A stretch of DNA of 64,000 bases. Origin: Rubripirellula sp. (GTDB lineage Bacteria; Planctomycetota; Planctomycetia; Pirellulales; Pirellulaceae). This document shows, one piece after another, positions 26,701-35,205 of the stretch. Within the stretch, counting starts at the first letter, position 1; every line of letters begins with the position of its first letter. Position numbers and translations under genes: made by a program. The notes beneath the pieces were generated by a model. The model made no database searches. It worked only from the letters and a program-made list of their open reading frames with translations, and was not told the origin of the DNA. Where the stretch lies: positions 7,872,001 to 7,936,000 of the forward strand of contig OZ244207.1 of NCBI GenBank assembly GCA_965216875.1, read 5' to 3'.

Positions 26701-28903
26701 CAAGGTCATCGCATTTAGCGACCAATTCGTCGCACTTTTCAGCGAGCTCGTTTCGCTCGGCAGCGAGTCGGTCGCGGTGCGAGGCGATCCCGTCGCGTTC
26801 GGCGGCGATCTCGTCTCGATGAGCGGCGAACTCATCTCGCTGGGCGGCGAATTCGTCTCGCTGTGAAAGAATCTCGTTCCGCTGCGTCGCCAGTTCATCA
26901 CGTTGCGACGCGATCTCGTCTCGCTCGTTGGCCAACGCGTCACGTTGGTGGGTCAATTCATCGTGAAGACCGGACAATTCTTGGTGTTGTGCCGCCAATT
27001 CATCGCGATAGGTGGCGATTTCATCACGCTCGTTTGCGATCTGATCACGCTCAGATGCCATTTCGTCACGCTGGGTGTTGGCCGCGTCACGCTCTTGGGC
27101 GAACTGATCGCGCTCGCTGCGCATCTGTTCGCATTGTTCACGCATCTCCTCGAGGCGTCCGGTGAGCGTTTCGTTTTGCTCACGCATTTGCGACAGGTCG
27201 TTGTTCGCCTGAGCGAGGTTGACCGAGAGCTCATCCACACTTTGACGCAGCTGCTCGGCTTCTTGCTCCCAGCTTGCGCGAGCAAGGTCGCCTTGCGATT
27301 CGCCTTGCGAAACCGCGGCTTCCAAACTTTCGACGTTGCGGCAGGCCGTTTCATAGTCGGCTCGCAATTGTTGCGATTCATGGCGCGCGTGATCGACGGC
27401 CTGTTGCAGCTGTTCCACTTCATGCCGAAGTTGGTCGGCGACCGCTTCACTGTCCGCAAGTCGTTGTTGCTGATCTTGCAGCTCGTCGCTTTGCGTCGTG
27501 CGCAGCGAATCCATTTCGTTGAGCAGGTCTTCTGCTCGTTGTTGCGCTTGTTGGCGTTGGGCTTCACTCTCGGCTTTTGCATCAATCGCGCGATCACGAG
27601 CCGCTTCAAGCTCGGTGCGCAGTCGTTGATGCTCCTCGCGCTGACTCGTTTCTTCTGACTGCAAACGAGTTTGTTGGGTCGACAAATCATCGATCTGTTG
27701 ATTCAGGACGACAAACTGCTCACGCATCCGTTGGACCGCGTCCGACGCCGCATGGGCTTGCTTTTGCGACTGCTGCAGTTGGTGCGTCGCTTGGTCGAGC
27801 TGGACGCGGTAGGCGCTTTCCTGCTGTTGGAATTGCGCTTCAAGCGTTCGCAGTTCAGCTTCGCGCCGTTCGAAGCCTTGCTGGCGCGCGATGTTGGCGT
27901 CGCGAAGTTGCAGAAGCTCTTGTTGCTTTTGCGTGATCTCTTCGTGCAATTGTACGGCTGCAGATTCGGCCGACTGGACCTGAGCTTCGCGTCGATAGAG
28001 GTGCTCGGCTCGCGCCCACAATTCGGATTCGCGACCACGCAGGTTGGCTTCACGGTCATCGCACCGAGACTCGCGGCGATCGCATTCGGCTTGGCGTGTT
28101 CGCCATTGATCGATTTCACGTCGCAGCCGTTCACGCCATGCCGCTTCGCTCTCTTGGCCACCATAGTTTGGGGCACCAGGTGGTTGCGAACCGATTGGCG
28201 ATTGACCCCCACGCGAAGCAGGGCCACCCAATGAAGCAGCTGGTCCACCCAAAGTAGGACCACCCAACGAGTTTGCACCGCTTAGCGGTGAGGAGGAGAG
28301 TGACTCGAGATCGGCGAGTGCCGACTCGAGCGCTGGCAGCGAACCGAGCTGGGAGAAGGTTGGCGCCGAATCAAGGGCACCATGGCCACCAGCTGGTGAC
28401 GAATCGAACGCCGTTTGCGCCGAGTGATGGGCCGGCATTGGATCGACTGTTGGGCTGGAGACGGAAAGGAGTTCGAACCGGTAAGAGCCCATGCGCAGCA
28501 CGTCGCCCACGTGAAGCGTCGTTTCGGTCGTCTCGGTCTCGTTGATTTCGATGGGGACCGAATAGGCACGAACCTTAATCTGGTCGGCTTCGCGAATCAG
28601 CACGGCATGCATCGGACGCAGCGCTTCGTCGGTCAGACGGATGGAGCAGCCTTCGGCACTGCCGAAGGTGTACCGATTTCCGGTCAGCCGGAGGCGGCGA
28701 ACGGGTGCACCGGGCCTGAGGACGCGAAACTCGAGGGCACTGCTGCGGGTGCCAGCAGAGAGTCCCGCGGAAAAGTCGCCCGAATGGTTCGGCAGCGTGG
28801 AGGTAGGCGAAAAACTAGAGTCAGGATTCATGGTGTTTGGACCGGTTTGCACGTTCATTCCAGCGGCTTGGCCAAGGTTCGCGTGATTCATACTCACCGT
28901 CAC
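23792..28903 (-). CDS. Giant FHA-like / coiled-coil / acidic protein with two C-terminal TM helices (1703 aa)
   Basis: FHA-like fold (YTFGSAEGCSIRL...PMHAVL...LHVGDVLRMG), about 800 aa of coiled coil, an acidic low-complexity region and two TMs near the C-terminus. GGAAGGGA precedes the GTG start. Confidence 0.85.
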   Translation of the reverse strand: MTVSMNHANLGQAAGMNVQTGPNTMNPDSSFSPTSTLPNHSGDFSAGLSAGTRSSALEFRVLRPGAPVRRLRLTGNRYTFGSAEGCSIRLTDEALRPMHAVLIREADQIKVRAYSVPIEINETETTETTLHVGDVLRMGSYRFELLSVSSPTVDPMPAHHSAQTAFDSSPAGGHGALDSAPTFSQLGSLPALESALADLESLSSSPLSGANSLGGPTLGGPAASLGGPASRGGQSPIGSQPPGAPNYGGQESEAAWRERLRREIDQWRTRQAECDRRESRCDDREANLRGRESELWARAEHLYRREAQVQSAESAAVQLHEEITQKQQELLQLRDANIARQQGFERREAELRTLEAQFQQQESAYRVQLDQATHQLQQSQKQAHAASDAVQRMREQFVVLNQQIDDLSTQQTRLQSEETSQREEHQRLRTELEAARDRAIDAKAESEAQRQQAQQRAEDLLNEMDSLRTTQSDELQDQQQRLADSEAVADQLRHEVEQLQQAVDHARHESQQLRADYETACRNVESLEAAVSQGESQGDLARASWEQEAEQLRQSVDELSVNLAQANNDLSQMREQNETLTGRLEEMREQCEQMRSERDQFAQERDAANTQRDEMASERDQIANERDEIATYRDELAAQHQELSGLHDELTHQRDALANERDEIASQRDELATQRNEILSQRDEFAAQRDEFAAHRDEIAAERDGIASHRDRLAAERNELAEKCDELVAKCDDLAANVESLVSKQSDLESQHGDLAEQRDRIADELNQVTEQRDEAQSRLDDLSGQRDDFVSQRDEVTEQRDHLNQQRDHLQSQHEDTLAELQRIGAELEEVTRQRDEIAGERDEIAKQRDEITTQRDELATERDEITAQRDEVTAQRDEITAQRDEIASERDELTAERDELSSQRDELSAERDELSARQDLVLAERDEATAQREQAVTTRDEISAQRDDLASERDELVAERNELAAQRDALKSERDELEQHKESLTSERDDIAAERDEIQSLREQISQERDEIQKQIDDRPSDEAWLSLREELDCANQQLAEMKREYDAARNRLDEVEAAAASNAATQDDTAQDGTSHDATSHDAQQPTGGDDIVLADSSASEVTDEHDEAWPTYQMAEAPAEQHASQPVEDASQPEAIDEAYQDTATPETEPQTAASPEPEAALPEADSDSAWGGEQPEASGDENPWGESSSVWSEPSETPSDEIANSVEHTANWDDAPEPSAAENSDSENPWSSSSAWDSESQAEQPPVQESAWGSDDGPEAIEPSSDENSWASEPADEQEHGVTSPWTAAEDLPQDEASAWGSSPEQEASDEYGTAEHEGEQAVDGQHESSESEDQVADGSLASMLIQDLAADRDQEQPSENTYVMDEGAEDIEDSQGWDQEHPEEAYSSSWTNESDGYSSESIDQDGGFDSGGSFTEDEYAHEPTAQFEQEEGTEFEQDSDYESTQQFDNSELSDSQDFEQSPVPEAGLPAEAGLPEEASLPAEASLPAEVGDLPSVPEGADDDSIEAYMNRLLQRVQGEPGEEGEDKPETVSLSTSAPLSQPLSQSLEAPQEEVAEPQPAADPNAPLVPRSEAPEKHSNLSAMRELANESARSAINKSVRVQSRNTQMKGVMQYGFACAALACGVACYYFLPGIVRYLAVAMTVVVAGVCIHEGLGLMGDAKRQLTGSPKSETEGEEAGEEADDVVSEDEAEEPAAE
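25853..27115 (-). repeat. About 60 intragenic heptad (21-bp) repeats of type (E/Q)RDE(I/L)xx
   Basis: QRDEITA / ERDELSA / QRDEFAA-type units run continuously in the translation. Confidence 0.9.
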
Positions 28904-29578
28904 GTCCCTTCCATTTCGACGTCAGACTGGGCAATGCGAGACAACCTGTGGGTGCGAGACCGCCTGTCGGTGATGGGGCATCCCCCGGTTGTCGTGGGCG
29001 CGCGGGTTGATCACCGGATCAGCGCAGCGCTACCCAATGTCAATAGTTCGGACACTTGGGCTGGCTCCTGTTAGTGAATCTGCGAGGGATGCACCGCTTT
29101 TAGGAGCCAGAATCGGATTGACAGCCTCGAAATCGGCCCGGCGACCCCTGAAAGAGGGGCCAGCTACGCAAATGTCCACGAATGGTATGGCTGCCGAGCG
29201 GCGATGTCGAAACGGCCGCAAACCCTTTGCAAACCGGACTTTACACACATTGCGAAGGGAAAAAACGGACGAAACCCGCCAAGGAAGGGGGATTTGGGTT
29301 CCCGTGTTTCTATCATTAGGCCGGATCGAGATTCGCTCCGATTGCACGAACGGCATGGCCGGTTGTTGCGTAGCACCGCTGAGCTGGTTGGAAATGGGCC
29401 GCCCTAAAACGGTCCCTTTTGAGCCAGGCGGGATTGAAACATTCGTCACTGTGGGACGAGGTTTCGAAAAACAGCGAGGAGTTGAGTTTTGAGTGTGAGT
29501 GAGCGTTGTTTCACGAGCATAAACATCGGTCAATTGAAAAGAATCGATTGACGTGCTTCCAACCAACAAGGTGATTTG

Positions 29579-29992
29579 ATGTCCCGAAAAGATGCCATTG
29601 AGAAACTGCGAGAGACTTTGGTTCGTCGTCGCGACGCCTTGCGACGGGCTCTCGAGGGCGACTTAAGTTTGCTGCAAGAACTACACCAAGACAAAACAGG
29701 TGACGTCTTGGATGCTGCGGCTGATACCGTTCAAGACGAATTGAACAGTCAGTTGATTGAGGCGGAGAGCCGCGAATTGCATGCAATCGATGATGCCATC
29801 GCTCGCATCGAACAGGGCGTTTATGGAAAGTGTGACGGTTGTGGCAAAGCCATCCCGCTGACACGCTTGCGCGCCGTTCCCTACGCTACCGATTGCATTG
29901 CTTGCCGGCGAAAAGCGGAAAGTCGCAGCAGCAACTCGGGTGCTGTCTCTTGGAACCGCGTGTTTGACAATGCCGAAGTGGATTCGATGTAA
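29579..29992 (+). CDS. dksA: DksA/TraR C4-type zinc-finger protein
   Basis: DVLDAA coiled-coil tip (DxxDxA) and AIARIEQGVYGKCDGCGKAIPLTRLRAVPYATDCIAC. Confidence 0.88.
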   Translation: MSRKDAIEKLRETLVRRRDALRRALEGDLSLLQELHQDKTGDVLDAAADTVQDELNSQLIEAESRELHAIDDAIARIEQGVYGKCDGCGKAIPLTRLRAVPYATDCIACRRKAESRSSNSGAVSWNRVFDNAEVDSM

Positions 29993-30064
29993 CGCCATCG
30001 CGACTTGATCGCGATCAATCGATCGCCAAGGCGAGGGAGTCCGCCTTGTGGAAGCACGCCAGTG

Positions 30065-30093
30065 ACGGCCGGCCAATTGTCCGGCCGTTTTTT
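30065..30093 (+). terminator. Rho-independent terminator after the dksA-like gene
   Basis: ACGGCCGG-ccaattgt-CCGGCCGT followed by a T-run. Confidence 0.7.
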
Positions 30094-30257
30094 ATTGCGC
30101 CGTCCGTAGCGATTCTTACAAATGCTGCGCTCAGGGATGCCATCGACATCATCCAGCAAGCTGGCCTGTGCAGTTGGACGATGCCTAAGATTGCACCGAC
30201 GCCTCCCCTATTTCCGTCAGTGCACTTTGAAAAAAGCCTCCCCAAGCAGTTGCATCC

Positions 30258-31505
30258 ATGGTTCGTCCTCTCAATCTCCTTTCGGTTGGCAGTCGCGCAC
30301 TGACGATTGCCGCCATTGTTGGTGTTGCTTCCACAAGTGTTTTGACAACGCCGGTCCGCGCTCAGGTTGCCGAAGGAAGTCCAACGACGGTCCTGACGCC
30401 AACGCGTCCTTCCGTGACGACCGCCCCTCCGCGAATTACCGTCAACCGTCCTTCACTCGAGTCGCAGTCGACGGAAATCAGTCCGTCAGGTTCGGTCGAT
30501 CTGCAACGCGAACGCCTGTTCAACGAACTGCGTGAAGAGTTCAACACGTTTGATCGGTTGGGCAATCTGGTTCGACGTGTTTCTCAGTTGGTCAAGCCAA
30601 GCGTGATTCACATCGAAGCTCACAAAACCGAACAGAAAGCGGGCACGCGTGAATCGTACGACGAAGCCGGAAGCGGCGTGATCATCGATCGCGGCAACGA
30701 ACAATGGGTGCTGACCAATCGGCACGTCATCCTCGGCGCGAGCCCACGCGAGATTCTGTTGCGATCAAGTGATGGACGTGAGTTTTATCCGACTCAGGTG
30801 ATTGCAGACGCCAGCACAGACGTTGCCGTCATGAAGATCGAAAACCACGGCTTGCCATCGGCACGCATTGGCAACAGTGACGGAATCGATATCGGCGATT
30901 TTGTCATTGCAATTGGAAGCCCCTTTGGTCTGAGCCACTCGGTGACGTTTGGCATCTTGAGCGCCAAGGGACGTCGTGACCTTGAGCTGGGCGAACAGAA
31001 AATCGACCTGCAAGACTTTTTTCAGACCGACGCCGCCATCAATCCTGGCAACAGCGGTGGCCCGCTGTTGAACCTGCGTGGCGAAGTGATCGCGCTGAAC
31101 ACCGCGATCGCCAGCAGCAGTGGTGGTAGCGAAGGCATCGGATTTGCAATCCCGATGAACATGGCACTGACCGTAGCCGACCAGTTGATCGAAAACGGTC
31201 GTCTACAACGCGGTTACTTGGGCGTGACACTCGAGCCCGAGTTCAGCTCGGCCGACTTGGTGGCGGCAGGCTATGGTCTGATGAGTGGAGCGTTGGTTAA
31301 GAGTGTCCGCAACGGATCACCCGCTGAAAAAGCCAACCTGCAACGTGGCGACATCATCGTCATGTTCAATGGCAAGAGTGTCGAAAACGACGATCACCTC
31401 GTCGCCCAAGTTGGCCTGACCCCCATCGGTTCGACCGTGCCGATGATTATCTACCGACAAGGCAAACGCTATCGCACCGAGGTTGTGCTGAGTGATTTGA
31501 ACTGA
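30258..31505 (+). CDS. HtrA/DegP-family trypsin-like serine protease with one PDZ domain
   Basis: GSGVII, LTNRHV, TDVAV, AIGSPFGL, QTDAAINPGNSGGPL and GIGFAIP, then PDZ (GYLGV...SPAEKA.LQRGDII). Confidence 0.95.
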   Translation: MVRPLNLLSVGSRALTIAAIVGVASTSVLTTPVRAQVAEGSPTTVLTPTRPSVTTAPPRITVNRPSLESQSTEISPSGSVDLQRERLFNELREEFNTFDRLGNLVRRVSQLVKPSVIHIEAHKTEQKAGTRESYDEAGSGVIIDRGNEQWVLTNRHVILGASPREILLRSSDGREFYPTQVIADASTDVAVMKIENHGLPSARIGNSDGIDIGDFVIAIGSPFGLSHSVTFGILSAKGRRDLELGEQKIDLQDFFQTDAAINPGNSGGPLLNLRGEVIALNTAIASSSGGSEGIGFAIPMNMALTVADQLIENGRLQRGYLGVTLEPEFSSADLVAAGYGLMSGALVKSVRNGSPAEKANLQRGDIIVMFNGKSVENDDHLVAQVGLTPIGSTVPMIIYRQGKRYRTEVVLSDLN

Positions 31506-31517
31506 GTCGCTTCAGTC

Positions 31518-31624
31518 GTCGTGGATGAGGCTGCGAATCCCCTGATTCGAAAATGATTCGGAAATTCGGGACTCGTGGCCTCGTCCACTTGCGATAGTTC
31601 GGGACTCGTGGCCTCGTCCACTAC
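31518..31624. repeat. REP cluster, family D (GTAGTGGACGAGGCCACGAGTCCC)
   Basis: A degenerate forward copy at 31518-31541 and reverse copies at 31568-31589 and 31601-31624, between the convergent htrA and MATE genes. Confidence 0.85.
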
Positions 31625-31637
31625 GGAAGAAACACCG

Positions 31638-33023
31638 CTAGACCATTTTCATTCGGCGCCAACGGCCGTGGATGAAGCGGGCGACCATCACCAAGGCGAG
31701 TAGCCACACCCAAAGGGTGACCATCCACCACCACCATCGCAGCTGTTCGGTCGGTGGTTCAAAGATCAGTCCGATGGCCAGCGCAATCGCGGACGCAGAA
31801 AAGCCGCCGATCAGCACGAACCAAGTGTCGCCAGCCCCGCGAAGGGCGCCGGCAACGATCAATTGCATGGCATCGAGCACGACGTAGATGGCCACAAAGA
31901 CCAGTAGCCCGCGAGCTAGGTCGATCGCCTCGGCCGATCCTTCGGTCTGTCCACCCGCTTGAGTGTAGAGCGACATCAGCGTGTCGGGGATCGCCAGGTA
32001 ACTGACAAGCCATGCGCCCGAGTAGATCAGGCCAATGCCGAGCGCCGCATAGACACTCATCGCAGCGCGTTTGGGACCGCTTTCCAGCAGGTGTCTGCCG
32101 ACGAGCACCGATGCCGCGATGGAGACACCGACCAGCGGAATGAAAGCGACCATGTTGAAGTTGATCGCCATGGTTGTCGCCCGGAGGGGAATGTCACCGA
32201 GGCGGCCAATGCGCAACACGATGACGGAGAACCCGCCCGATTCGGTCAGGTACATCAAGCCGGTCGGGAAGCCAAAGAAGAAGAGCTTGCCCAGCAGGGA
32301 ACGGTCAAAGCTCAATCCCTCCCAGACATGGTAGCGCTGGTCATGTTTGGGCCGCAGGATCAACGCACCGTAGCAAACCACTTTGAACCAAAACGACACA
32401 GCGCTGCCGATGGCGGCGCCAACAATGCCAAGTGCGGGGATGGGACCGAGGCCAAAGATGAGTGTGAGGTCGAGAACAAGGTTGAGCAGCCCTGAGGCGA
32501 TCGATGTCCACATGATCACGCCGGTCCGTTCGGTTCCGCTAAAGAAACCACTCAACGCCGTTTCGAGCACCACACCGGTTGCCCCCAGGATCATCAGGTA
32601 GCTCATGTAGGACGCTTCCAGTGGCACCAGCGACTCGGGTTGGCCAAACGTCCTAAAAATGTTCGTGGCGAACATGGCGGCCGTGACGAATAGTGGAGTT
32701 GCCAACAGAGACAACCAGACGGCTTGCCAAAGGAAGCGGCCGATCCGGTTTTCTTCTCCAGCGCCGACGTATTGGCTGATGATCGCTCCGGTCATCGAGG
32801 CGATGCCGACGGGAAGGCAGACGAGCACCCAAAACATGTTGCCGCCGGCCATGGCGGCACTCATCGATGCGCCGTCAAATCGCAGCAATAGCGTTCGATC
32901 AACAAACAACACGAGCGAAAACGTGCCGGCGCTGACCATCAACGGCAACGCAACGCGAACCACCTCCGCAGCGGCCTCGAACATCGTCTCTTTCGATTGC
33001 GCTTCAGCCGTGGCGGAATTCAT
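31638..33023 (-). CDS. MATE family efflux transporter
   Basis: About 12 TMs. ALPLM...FVDR, ISQYVGAG, LNLVLD.TLIFG, GIVGAAIG, LVGRHL and GALRGAGDT. Confidence 0.93.
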   Translation of the reverse strand: MNSATAEAQSKETMFEAAAEVVRVALPLMVSAGTFSLVLFVDRTLLLRFDGASMSAAMAGGNMFWVLVCLPVGIASMTGAIISQYVGAGEENRIGRFLWQAVWLSLLATPLFVTAAMFATNIFRTFGQPESLVPLEASYMSYLMILGATGVVLETALSGFFSGTERTGVIMWTSIASGLLNLVLDLTLIFGLGPIPALGIVGAAIGSAVSFWFKVVCYGALILRPKHDQRYHVWEGLSFDRSLLGKLFFFGFPTGLMYLTESGGFSVIVLRIGRLGDIPLRATTMAINFNMVAFIPLVGVSIAASVLVGRHLLESGPKRAAMSVYAALGIGLIYSGAWLVSYLAIPDTLMSLYTQAGGQTEGSAEAIDLARGLLVFVAIYVVLDAMQLIVAGALRGAGDTWFVLIGGFSASAIALAIGLIFEPPTEQLRWWWWMVTLWVWLLALVMVARFIHGRWRRMKMV

Positions 33024-33111
33024 TGTGCGGGCCAGCTGGCGAAAAGAGGACGGGGTGGGATCGAGTCACGACGTTGGACCGAAGCGACCAACCACAGGTT
33101 CACCCCTTTCC

Positions 33112-34068
33112 CTAGATTTTTCTGGGCAGCGATCGCGCGACCGCCATCCCGGCCAACAGACCGCCGATGTGGGCTCCGTTGGCCACCGAACCCATCGTCA
33201 TGCAGAGGAACAACCAGCCAATCATGATCACCACGTTCGAACTGGACAATCGAACCGGATACTCAGGTTTGGCGAAGGGACGAATCCAGATAAACCCAAA
33301 CAGTCCATACACGGCCCCCGAAGCTCCGATGGCAAACGGAGATCCTTGCAAAGGTTCCGGTAAGAAATCCATGCCCGTCGTCCCGACCTGCAACGCCATC
33401 CCGGCGATCTGCGTTCCCAGGGTGAGGATGAGAAAAAAGAGCGACCCATGGAGGCGTTCGAGTAGCGAACCCAGCATGAACACCCAAATCATGTTGAAGA
33501 GTAGGTGTAGTGGATTCACGTGCATGAACATCGGCGTAACGAGTCGCCATACCTCGCCTTTGCGAAGCGATGCGTAGGGGTCGCCAGCGACAAGAAACTC
33601 GGTAACGTCCACGAACGAAAGTTTTTGGTAAACCGTTTGTTGAAGCTGCGTCCGATTCCTTGCTTCGCCAAAATTGGTCGTGAAGCTGCAGATGACTGAG
33701 ATCGCGATGATTCCGATCGTGATGGGAATCGATTGCTGCTTTGCTCCCACGCCAAGACCAGGTCCGTACGATCGCGTTGGGGCCGACTGCACCAGTTTCT
33801 CTTGTTGGGCTCGGCGACGTTTTAGTTCGGCTTCTTTCTCTTTGCGGATCTGTTCGGCTTGCGAGCGGACTTCGTACTGTGCGTCGTTCGGATTGGACGA
33901 AAACGACTCGAATGCTTGCTTGGCATTGTCAACGTCCCGCTCATCTCGGATCCAAACGTCCCACAATCCATCATCGCCCTCACTGGTCGACGCATCGATC
34001 GACCGGGTGATCAGGTAGTCGGTAAAACGCTCAGCTGCAGCTTGTTCCAGGGAGCCGATTCGGCGCAT
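33112..34068 (-). CDS. glpG: Rhomboid intramembrane serine protease (GlpG-like, with soluble N-terminal domain)
   Basis: WRLVTPMFMH, HLLFNM, catalytic GASG and ANGAHIGG. Confidence 0.88.
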   Translation of the reverse strand: MRRIGSLEQAAAERFTDYLITRSIDASTSEGDDGLWDVWIRDERDVDNAKQAFESFSSNPNDAQYEVRSQAEQIRKEKEAELKRRRAQQEKLVQSAPTRSYGPGLGVGAKQQSIPITIGIIAISVICSFTTNFGEARNRTQLQQTVYQKLSFVDVTEFLVAGDPYASLRKGEVWRLVTPMFMHVNPLHLLFNMIWVFMLGSLLERLHGSLFFLILTLGTQIAGMALQVGTTGMDFLPEPLQGSPFAIGASGAVYGLFGFIWIRPFAKPEYPVRLSSSNVVIMIGWLFLCMTMGSVANGAHIGGLLAGMAVARSLPRKI

Positions 34069-34509
34069 TGAGTTTTCTCAGTTGGCGGCAGCCTGGGTTG
34101 CGCGGGTCGCAGCCGGGGCTGTGCGCAATCCATTGAGGGCTGCCCTTGGTTGCAGTCAGGGCTGCGCGGGCGAAAAAAGGAGCCCAATGTTGTACGTTGG
34201 TGGGTCCAGTTCCGCACGCCCAGGATCGCGGTTTCGTCCGCTGAATCGCCGCGGATGTCCATCGAACCGCATCGCGTGTTGGACAACCGAGGGGGCAACG
34301 TGGCACGAGATATCCCCGAAATCCCGCAAAATCGGGGGCGATATTCGCCCATGTCGAGGCTTCGGGAAACGACTGATTGCTTGAGCCTTGCCGCAAAGTG
34401 ATCGGGATGAATAATATGGTACTGGTCGAAGTGGCCCGCCCACCACGACCTCCCACCCACAAGTACGATTCCCAACACACTCGTCACCGACGAAAAGGTT
34501 GATTCTACG

Positions 34510-34842
34510 ATGGCAGTGAAACTGACCGAACGAGCCGCTGAGGAAGTCAAGCGGTACCAAAAAGAGCACAATTTTGACGAAAAAGTCGTGTTGCGAATCG
34601 GCGTCGCCGGAGGCGGATGCAGTGGCTTCAACTACACGCTGAACTTCGACGAAAGCTTTGACGAAACCGTCGACAGCAAGTACGAATGCCACGGCGTTGC
34701 CGTTGTGGTCGACAAGAAGAGTGCCCTCTACCTCGACGGCACGACCGTCGATTGGTTTGAAAGCCTCGAAAAACAAGGCTTCACCTTTGAGAATCCAAAC
34801 GCAGTGAAAACTTGCGGCTGCGGAAGCTCTTTCCAAGCATAG
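34510..34842 (+). CDS. A-type Fe-S cluster carrier (IscA/ErpA/HesB)
   Basis: [25 protein letters not shown] and [14 protein letters not shown]. Confidence 0.96.
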   Translation: MAVKLTERAAEEVKRYQKEHNFDEKVVLRIGVAGGGCSGFNYTLNFDESFDETVDSKYECHGVAVVVDKKSALYLDGTTVDWFESLEKQGFTFENPNAVKTCGCGSSFQA

Positions 34843-34881
34843 GTCCCCGATCGGGACGTCTTGAAGAATACGAATTTGCTG

Positions 34882-34915
34882 AGCCGGATCGACCGTGGTC
34901 GATCCGGCTTTTTTT
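34882..34915 (+). terminator. Rho-independent terminator after the iscA-like gene
   Basis: AGCCGGATCGACC-gt-GGTCGATCCGGCT followed by a T-run. Confidence 0.92.
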
Positions 34916-34918
34916 GTT

Positions 34919-34949
34919 GTGAGCCGCTGGCCGTCAGGCCTCGGGCCTT
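34919..34949 (+). repeat. REP-like element, family C
   Basis: GTGAGCCGCTGGCCGTCAGGCCTCGGGCCTT, nearly the reverse complement of 38501-38531. Confidence 0.75.
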
Positions 34950-35205
34950 TGCGGCGCGCGAGAAGATTCCGGCTACTGCTCGAACTACCAACGGGCTTTG
35001 ACTCAATCATCGCGGCACAGCAAAACCAACCAGAGTGTGATCGGTTGCGATTGGGACGGGCCGCGGAGCGGCGAAATGGGTGTCGCCACGTGGACCGAGG
35101 CAACAAGGGGATTGAAAACCGTGACGGCAATGCCCCTTCCGCGCCGATCGGCTGGGAAGTATAGAATCGTGCCGCCGAGCTTCTTTCGTTGATTCGCAGC
35201 TTTCG

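Noticed and set aside
23792..28903. SMC chromosome-partition protein
   Set aside because: No Walker A/B motifs or hinge; the resemblance would be generic coiled coil only.
28904..29578. Long intergenic regions (also 34069-34509 and 48478-48899) as ncRNA or riboswitch loci
   Set aside because: All lie between divergent genes, and I recognised no tRNA, riboswitch or other RNA family by eye. An Rfam/Infernal scan would be needed to exclude one.
33112..34068. Rhomboid as a dedicated sortase for the adhesin's Gly-rich tail
   Set aside because: It is 19 kb away, has an ordinary GlpG-like architecture, and the tail does not match GlyGly-CTERM.
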